This document shows positions 36,733-46,782 of a DNA stretch of 46,782 nucleotides, in pieces. Under the pieces are notes generated by a model. The model worked only from the letters and a program-made list of their open reading frames with translations. It did not search any database and was not told the origin of the DNA. The stretch comes from Hydrurus foetidus. Lineage: Eukaryota. The position numbers and the translations under genes were made by a program. Where the stretch lies: positions 1 to 46,782 of the forward strand of contig UYFQ01000699.1 of assembly GCA_900617105.1 (NCBI GenBank). Reading direction: 5' to 3'. Position 1 is the stretch's first letter; each line of letters opens with the position of its first letter.

Positions 36733-39700
36733 ATCATGTGGATGGGGATAGGGGTGAGGATATCATGTGGATGGGGATAGGGGTGAGGATATCATGTGGA
36801 TGGGGATAGGAGTGAGGATATCATGTGGATGGGGATAGGGGTGAGGATATCATGTGGATGGGGATAGGGGTGAGGATATCATGTGGATGGGGATAGGGGT
36901 GAGGATATCATGTGGATGGGGATAGGGGTGAGGATATCATGTGGATGGGGATAGGGGTGAGGATATCATGTGGATGGGCATAGGGGTGAGGATATCATGT
37001 GGATGGGCATAGGGGTGAGGATATCATGTGGATGGGGATAGGGGTGAGGATATCATGTGGATGGGGATAGGGGTGAGGATATCATGTGGATGGGGATAGG
37101 GGTGAGGATATCATGTGGATGGGGATAGGGGTGAGGATATCATGTGGATGGGGATAGGGGTGAGGATATCATGTGGATGGGGATAGGGGTGAGGATATCA
37201 TGTGGATGGGGATAGGGGTGAGGATATCATGTGGATGGGGATAGGGGTGAGGATATCATGTGGATGGGGATAGGGGTGAGGATATCATGTGGATGGGGAT
37301 AGGGGTGAGGATATCATGTGGATGGGGATAGGGGTGAGGATATCATGTGGATGGGGATAGGGGTGAGGATATCATGTGGATGGGCATAGGGGTGAGGATA
37401 TCATGTGGATGGGGATAGGGGTGAGGATATCATGTGGATGGGGATAGGGGTGAGGATATCATGTGGATGGGGATAGGGGTGAGGATATCATGTGGATGGG
37501 GATAGGGGTGAGGATATCATGTGGATGGGGATAGGGGTGAGGATATCATGTGGATGGGGATAGGGGTGAGGATATCATGTGGATGGGGATAGGGGTGAGG
37601 ATATCATGTGGATGGGGATAGGGGTGAGGATATCATGTGGATGGGGATAGGGGTGAGGATATCATGTGGATGGGGATAGGGGTGAGGATATCATGTGGAT
37701 GGGGATAGGGGTGAGGATATCATGTGGATGGGGATAGGGGTGAGGATATCATGTGGATGGGGATAGGGGTGAGGATATCATGTGGATGGGGATAGGGGTG
37801 AGGATATCATGTGGATGGGGATAGGGGTGAGGATATCATGTGGATGGGGATAGGGGTGAGGATATCATGTGGATGGGGATAGGGGTGAGGATATCATGTG
37901 GATGGGGATAGGGGTGAGGATATCATGTGGATGGGGATAGGGGTGAGGATATCATGTGGATGGGGATAGGGGTGAGGATATCATGTGGATGGGGATAGGG
38001 GTGAGGATATCATGTGGATGGGGATAGGGGTGAGGATATCATGTGGATGGGGATAGGGGTGAGGATATCATGTGGATGGGGATAGGGGTGAGGATATCAT
38101 GTGGATGGGGATAGGGGTGAGGATATCATGTGGATGGGGATAGGGGTGAGGATATCATGTGGATGGGGATAGGGGTGAGGATATCATGTGGATGGGGATA
38201 GGGGTGAGGATATCATGTGGATGGGGATAGGGGTGAGGATATCATGTGGATGGGGATAGGGGTGAGGATATCATGTGGATGGGGATAGGGGTGAGGATAT
38301 CATGTGGATGGGCATAGGGGTGAGGATATCATGTGGATGGGGATAGGGGTGAGGATATCATGTGGATGGGGATAGGGGTGAGGATATCATGTGGATGGGG
38401 ATAGGGGTGAGGATATCATGTGGATGGGGATAGGGGTGAGGATATCATGTGGATGGGGATAGGGGTGAGGATATCATGTGGATGGGCATAGGGGTGAGGA
38501 TATCATGTGGATGGGGATAGGGGTGAGGATATCATGTGGATGGGGATAGGGGTGAGGATATCATGTGGATGGGGATAGGGGTGAGGATATCATGTGGATG
38601 GGGATAGGGGTGAGGATATCATGTGGATGGGGATAGGGGTGAGGATATCATGTGGATGGGGATAGGGGTGAGGATATCATGTGGATGGGGATAGGGGTGA
38701 GGATATCATGTGGATGGGGATAGGGGTGAGGATATCATGTGGATGGGGATAGGGGTGAGGATATCATGTGGATGGGGATAGGGGTGAGGATATCATGTGG
38801 ATGGGGATAGGGGTGAGGATATCATGTGGATGGGGATAGGGGTGAGGATATCATGTGGATGGGGATAGGGGTGAGGATATCATGTGGATGGGGATAGGGG
38901 TGAGGATATCATGTGGATGGGGATAGGGGTGAGGATATCATGTGGATGGGGATAGGGGTGAGGATATCATGTGGATGGGGATAGGGGTGAGGATATCATG
39001 TGGATGGGGATAGGGGTGAGGATATCATGTGGATGGGGATAGGGGTGAGGATATCATGTGGATGGGGATAGGGGTGAGGATATCATGTGGATGGGCATAG
39101 GGGTGAGGATATCATGTGGATGGGGATAGGGGTGAGGATATCATGTGGATGGGGATAGGGGTGAGGATATCATGTGGATGGGGATAGGGGTGAGGATATC
39201 ATGTGGATGGGGATAGGGGTGAGGATATCATGTGGATGGGGATAGGGGTGAGGATATCATGTGGATGGGGATAGGGGTGAGGATATCATGTGGATGGGGA
39301 TAGGGGTGAGGATATCATGTGGATGGGGATAGGGGTGAGGATATCATGTGGATGGGGATAGGGGTGAGGATATCATGTGGATGGGGATAGGGGTGAGGAT
39401 ATCATGTGGATGGGGATAGGGGTGAGGATATCATGTGGATGGGGATAGGGGTGAGGATATCATGTGGATGGGGATAGGGGTGAGGATATCATGTGGATGG
39501 GGATAGGGGTGAGGATATCATGTGGATGGGCATAGGGGTGAGGATATCATGTGGATGGGGATAGGGGTGAGGATATCATGTGGATGGGGATAGGGGTGAG
39601 GATATCATGTGGATGGGGATAGGGGTGAGGATATCATGTGGATGGGCATAGGGGTGAGGATATCATGTGGATGGGGATAGGGGTGAGGATATCATGTGGA

Positions 39701-42700
39701 TGGGGATAGGGGTGAGGATATCATGTGGATGGGGATAGGGGTGAGGATATCATGTGGATGGGGATAGGGGTGAGGATATCATGTGGATGGGGATAGGGGT
39801 GAGGATATCATGTGGATGGGGATAGGGGTGAGGATATCATGTGGATGGGGATAGGGGTGAGGATATCATGTGGATGGGGATAGGGGTGAGGATATCATGT
39901 GGATGGGGATAGGGGTGAGGATATCATGTGGATGGGGATAGGGGTGAGGATATCATGTGGATGGGGATAGGGGTGAGGATATCATGTGGATGGGGATAGG
40001 GGTGAGGATATCATGTGGATGGGGATAGGGGTGAGGATATCATGTGGATGGGGATAGGGGTGAGGATATCATGTGGATGGGGATAGGGGTGAGGATATCA
40101 TGTGGATGGGGATAGGGGTGAGGATATCATGTGGATGGGGATAGGGGTGAGGATATCATGTGGATGGGGATAGGGGTGAGGATATCATGTGGATGGGGAT
40201 AGGGGTGAGGATATCATGTGGATGGGGATAGGGGTGAGGATATCATGTGGATGGGGATAGGGGTGAGGATATCATGTGGATGGGGATAGGGGTGAGGATA
40301 TCATGTGGATGGGGATAGGGGTGAGGATATCATGTGGATGGGGATAGGGGTGAGGATATCATGTGGATGGGGATAGGGGTGAGGATATCATGTGGATGGG
40401 GATAGGGGTGAGGATATCATGTGGATGGGGATAGGGGTGAGGATATCATGTGGATGGGGATAGGGGTGAGGATATCATGTGGATGGGGATAGGGGTGAGG
40501 ATATCATGTGGATGGGGATAGGGGTGAGGATATCATGTGGATGGGGATAGGGGTGAGGATATCATGTGGATGGGGATAGGGGTGAGGATATCATGTGGAT
40601 GGGGATAGGGGTGAGGATATCATGTGGATGGGGATAGGGGTGAGGATATCATGTGGATGGGGATAGGGGTGAGGATATCATGTGGATGGGGATAGGGGTG
40701 AGGATATCATGTGGATGGGGATAGGGGTGAGGATATCATGTGGATGGGGATAGGGGTGAGGATATCATGTGGATGGGGATAGGGGTGAGGATATCATGTG
40801 GATGGGGATAGGGGTGAGGATATCATGTGGATGGGGATAGGGGTGAGGATATCATGTGGATGGGGATAGGGGTGAGGATATCATGTGGATGGGGATAGGG
40901 GTGAGGATATCATGTGGATGGGGATAGGGGTGAGGATATCATGTGGATGGGGATAGGGGTGAGGATATCATGTGGATGGGGATAGGGGTGAGGATATCAT
41001 GTGGATGGGGATAGGGGTGAGGATATCATGTGGATGGGGATAGGGGTGAGGATATCATGTGGATGGGGATAGGGGTGAGGATATCATGTGGATGGGCATA
41101 GGGGTGAGGATATCATGTGGATGGGGATAGGGGTGAGGATATCATGTGGATGGGGATAGGGGTGAGGATATCATGTGGATGGGGATAGGGGTGAGGATAT
41201 CATGTGGATGGGGATAGGGGTGAGGATATCATGTGGATGGGGATAGGGGTGAGGATATCATGTGGATGGGGATAGGGGTGAGGATATCATGTGGATGGGG
41301 ATAGGGGTGAGGATATCATGTGGATGGGGATAGGGGTGAGGATATCATGTGGATGGGGATAGGGGTGAGGATATCATGTGGATGGGCATAGAGGATATCA
41401 TGTGGATGGGGATAGGGGTGAGGATATCATGTGGATGGGGATAGGGGTGAGGATATCATGTGGATGGGGATAGGGGTGAGGATATCATGTGGATGGGGAT
41501 AGGGGTGAGGATATCATGTGGATGGGGATAGGGGTGAGGATATCATGTGGATGGGGATAGGGGTGAGGATATCATGTGGATGGGGATAGGGGTGAGGATA
41601 TCATGTGGATGGGGATAGGGGTGAGGATATCATGTGGATGGGGATAGGGGTGAGGATATCATGTGGATGGGGATAGGGGTGAGGATATCATGTGGATGGG
41701 GATAGGGGTGAGGATATCATGTGGATGGGCATAGGGGTGAGGATATCATGTGGATGGGCATAGGGGTGAGGATATCATGTGGATGGGCATAGGGGTGAGG
41801 ATATCATGTGGATGGGGATAGGGGTGAGGATATCATGTGGATGGGGATAGGGGTGAGGATATCATGTATCATGTGGATGGGCATAGGGGTGAGGATATCA
41901 TGTGGATGGGGATAGGGGTGAGGATATCATGTGGATGGGCATAGGGGTGAGGATATCATGTGGATGGGGATAGGGGTGAGGATATCATGTGGATGGGGAT
42001 AGGGGTGAGGATATCATGTGGATGGGCATAGGGGTGAGGATATCATGTGGATGGGGATAGGGGTGAGGATATCATGTGGATGGGGATAGGGGTGAGGATA
42101 TCATGTGGATGGGCATAGGGGTGAGGATATCATGTGGATGGGGATAGGGGTGAGGATATCATGTGGATGGGGATAGGGGTGAGGATATCATGTGGATGGG
42201 CATAGGGGTGAGGATATCATGTGGATGGGGATAGGGGTGAGGATATCATGTGGATGGGGATAGGGGTGAGGATATCATGTGGATGGGCATAGGGGTGAGG
42301 ATATCATGTGGATGGGGATAGGGGTGAGGATATCATGTGGATGGGGATAGGGGTGAGGATATCATGTGGATGGGGATAGGGGTGAGGATATCATGTGGAT
42401 GGGGATAGGGGTGAGGATATCATGTGGATGGGGATAGGGGTGAGGATATCATGTGGATGGGGATAGGGGTGAGGATATCATGTGGATGGGGATAGGGGTG
42501 AGGATATCATGTGGATGGGCATAGGGGTGAGGATATCATGTGGATGGGGATAGGGGTGAGGATATCATGTGGATGGGGATAGGGGTGAGGATATCATGTG
42601 GATGGGGATAGGGGTGAGGATATCATGTGGATGGGGATAGGGGTGAGGATATCATGTGGATGGGGATAGGGGTGAGGATATCATGTGGATGGGGATAGGG

Positions 42701-45700
42701 GTGAGGATATCATGTGGATGGGCATAGGGGTGAGGATATCATGTGGATGGGGATAGGGGTGAGGATATCATGTGGATGGGCATAGGGGTGAGGATATCAT
42801 GTGGATGGGGATAGGGGTGAGGATATCATGTGGATGGGGATAGGGGTGAGGATATCATGTGGATGGGCATAGGGGTGAGGATATCATGTGGATGGGGATA
42901 GGGGTGAGGATATCATGTGGATGGGGATAGGGGTGAGGATATCATGTGGATGGGGATAGGGGTGAGGATATCATGTGGATGGGGATAGGGGTGAGGATAT
43001 CATGTGGATGGGGATAGGGGTGAGGATATCATGTGGATGGGGATAGGGGTGAGGATATCATGTGGATGGGGATAGGGGTGAGGATATCATGTGGATGGGG
43101 ATAGGGGTGAGGATATCATGTGGATGGGGATAGGGGTGAGGATATCATGTGGATGGGGATAGGGGTGAGGATATCATGTGGATGGGGATAGGGGTGAGGA
43201 TATCATGTGGATGGGGATAGGGGTGAGGATATCATGTGGATGGGGATAGGGGTGAGGATATCATGTGGATGGGGATAGGGGTGAGGATATCATGTGGATG
43301 GGGATAGGGGTGAGGATATCATGTGGATGGGGATAGGGGTGAGGATATCATGTGGATGGGGATAGGGGTGAGGATATCATGTGGATGGGGATAGGGGTGA
43401 GGATATCATGTGGATGGGGATAGGGTTGAGGATATCATGTGGATGGGCGTAGGGGTGAGGATATCATGTGTATGGGGATAGGGGTGAGGATTTCATGTGG
43501 ATGGGGATAGGGGTGAGGATATCATGTGGATGGGATAGGGGTGAGGATATCATGTGGATGGGGATAGGGGTGAGGATATCATGTGGATGGGGATAGGGGT
43601 GAGGATATCATGTGGATGGGCATAGGGGTGAGGATATCATGTGGATGGGGATAGGGGTGAGGATATCATGTGGATGGGCATAGGGGTGAGGATATCATGT
43701 GGATGGGGATAGGGGTGAGGATATCATGTGGATGGGGATAGGGGTGAGGATATCATGTGGATGGGGATAGGGGTGAGGATATCATGTGGATGGGCATAGG
43801 GGTGAGGATATCATGTGGATGGGGATAGGAGTGAGGATATCATGTGGATGGGGATAGGGGTGAGGATATCATGTGGATGGGGATAGGGGTGAGGATATCA
43901 TGTGGATGGGGATAGGGGTGAGGATATCATGTGGATGGGGATAGGGGTGAGGATATCATGTGGATGGGGATAGGGGTGAGGATATCATGTGGATGGGCAG
44001 GGGTGAGGATATCATGTGGATGGGCATAGGGGTGAGGATATCATGTGGATGGGCATAGGGGTGAGGATATCATGTGGATGGGGATGGGGTGAGGATATCA
44101 TGTGGATGGGCATAGGGGTGAGGATATCATGTGGATGGGGATAGGGGTGAGGATATCATGTGGATGGGGATAGGGGTGAGGATATCATGTGGATGGGCAT
44201 AGGGGTGAGGATATCATGTGGATGGGGATAGGGGTGAGGATATCATGTGGATGGGGATAGGGGTGAGGATATCATGTGGATGGGGATAGGGGTGAGGATA
44301 TCATGTGGATGGGATAGGGGTGAGGATATCATGTGGATGGGGATAGGGGTGAGGATATCATGTGGATGGGGATAGGGGTGAGGATATCATGTGGATGGGG
44401 ATAGGGGTGAGGATATCATGTGGATGGGCATAGGGGTGAGGATATCATGTGGATGGGGATAGGGGTGAGGATATCATGTGGATGGGATAGGGGTGAGGAT
44501 ATCATGTGGATGGGGATAGGGGTGAGGATATCATGTGGATGGGGATAGGGGTGAGGATATCATGTGGATGGGGATAGGGGTGAGGATATCATGTGGATGG
44601 GGATAGGGGTGAGGATATCATGTGGATGGGGATAGGGGTGAGGATATCATGTGGATGGGGATAGGGGTGAGGATATCATGTGGATGGGCATAGGGGTGAG
44701 GATATCATGTGGATGGGGATAGGGGTGAGGATATCATGTGGATGGGCATAGGGTGAGGATATCATGTGGATGGGGATAGGGGTGAGGATATCATGTGGAT
44801 GGGGATAGGGGTGAGGATATCATGTGGATGGGGATAGGGGTGAGGATATCATGTGGATGGGGATAGGGGTGAGGATATCATGTGGATGGGGATAGGGGTG
44901 AGGATATCATGTGGATGGGGATAGGGGTGAGGATATCATGTGGATGGGGATAGGGGTGAGGATATCATGTGGATGGGGATAGGGGTGAGGATATTATGTG
45001 GATGGGGATAGGGGTGAGGATATCATGTGGATGGGGATAGGGGTGAGGATATCATGTGGATGGGGATAGGGGTGAGGATATCATGTGGATGGGGATAGGG
45101 GTGAGGATATCATGTGGATGGGCATAGGGGTGAGGATATCATGTGGATGGGGATAGGGGTGAGGATATCATGTGGATGGGGATAGGGGTGAGGATATCAT
45201 GTGGATGGGCATAGGGGTGAGGATATCATGTGGATGGGGATAGGGGTGAGGATATCATGTGGATGGGGATAGGGGTGAGGATATCATGTGGATGGGCATA
45301 GGGGTGAGGATATCATGTGGATGGGCATAGGGGTTGAGGATATCATGTGGATGGGCATTGGGGTGAGGATATCATGTGGATGGGGATAGGGGTGAGGATA
45401 TCATGTGGATGGGCATGGGGGATAGGGATATCATGTGGATGGGGATAGGGGTGAGGATATCATGTGGATGGGGATAGGGGTGAGGATATCATGTGGATGG
45501 GGATAGGGGTGAGGATATCATGTGGATGGGGATAGGGGTGAGGATATCATGTGGATGGGGATAGGGGTGAGGATATCATGTGGATGGGCATAGGGGTGAG
45601 GATATCATGTGGATGGGGATAGGGGTGAGGATATCATGTGGATGGGCATAGGGGTGAGGATATCATGTGGATGGGGATAGGGGTGGGGATATCATGTGGA

Positions 45701-46782
45701 TGGGCATAGGGGTGAGGATATCATGTGGATGGGGATAGGGGTGAGGATATCATGTGGATGGGGATAGGGGTGAGGATATCATGTGGATGGGGATAGGGGT
45801 GGGGATATCATGTGGATGGGGATAGGGGTGAGGATATCATGTGGATGGGGATAGGGGTGAGGATATCATGTGGATGGGGATAGGGGTGAGGATATCATGT
45901 GGATGGGGATAGGGGTGAGGATATCATGTGGATGGGCATAGGGGTGAGGATATCATGTGGATGGGGATAGGGGTGAGGATATCATGTGTATGGGGATAGG
46001 GGTGAGGATTTCATGTGGATGGGGATAGGGTTGAGGATATCATGTGGATGGTGATAGGGGTGAGGATATCATTTGGATGGGGATAGGGGTGAGGATATCA
46101 TGTGGATGGGGATAGGGGTGAGGATATCATGTGGATGGGGATAGGGGTGAGGATATCATGTGGATGGGGATAGGGGTGGGGATATCATGTGGATGGGGAT
46201 AGGGGTGAGGATATCATGTGGATGGGGATAGGGGTGAGGATATCATGTGGATGGGGATAGGGGTGAGGATATCATGTGGATGGGGATAGGGGTGAGGATA
46301 TCATGTGGATGGGGATAGGGGTGAGGATATCATGTGGATGGGCATAGGGGTGAGGATATCATGTGGATGGGGATAGGGGTGAGGATATCATGTGTATGGG
46401 CATAGGGGTGAGGATATCATGTGGATGGGGATAGGGGTGAGGATATCATGTGGATGGGGATAGGGGTGAGGATATCATGTGGATGGGCATAGGGGTGAGG
46501 ATATCATGTGGATGGGCATAGGGGTGAGGATATCATGTGGATGGGCATAGGGGTGAGGATATCATGTGGATGGGGATAGGGGTGAGGATATCATGTGGAT
46601 GGGCATAGGGGTGAGGATATCATGTGGATGGGGATAGGGGTGAGGATATCATGTGGATGGGGATAGGGGTGAGGATATGATGTGGATGGGCATAGGGGTG
46701 AGGATATCATGTGGATGGGGATAGGGGTGAGTATATCATGTGGATGGGCATAAGGGTGAGGATATCATGTGGAAGGGGATAG
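36733..46782 (+). repeat. G-rich 29-bp satellite (GATATCATGTGGATGGGGATAGGGGTGAG)n, about 346 copies, open at the right edge
   Basis: 10,050 bp of near-identical 29-mers. The main variant is GGGGATA to GGGCATA. There is one EcoRV site (GATATC) per unit. Confidence 0.99.

Noticed and set aside
36733..46782. Coding capacity of the satellite
   Set aside because: The 29-bp period cycles stop codons through all frames on both strands.

Overview
Eukaryotic, intron-rich genomic DNA with GT-AG introns full of simple repeats. A protist such as a stramenopile is my guess only. Both ends are tandem arrays: about 4.8 copies of an 892-896 bp unit (1-4270) and a 10 kb G-rich 29-bp satellite (36733 to the end). 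Four protein-coding genes could be reconstructed by hand. (1) An intronless protein with two RGS domains. (2) A 9-exon six-TM membrane protein with a long SQ-repeat tail. (3) A 6-exon endocytic-adaptor-like protein with 25 polyQ-spaced NQFDPF-type repeats and a C-terminal domain resembling the stonin homology domain. (4) A minus-strand, many-exon protein with at least three bromodomains, whose 5' exons are missing, so the satellite appears to be intronic. There are also three short TIR elements with recognisable target-site duplications and one probable host element. Most short ORFs in the supplied track are repeat or intron artefacts. Domain calls rest on recalled motifs, not database searches.
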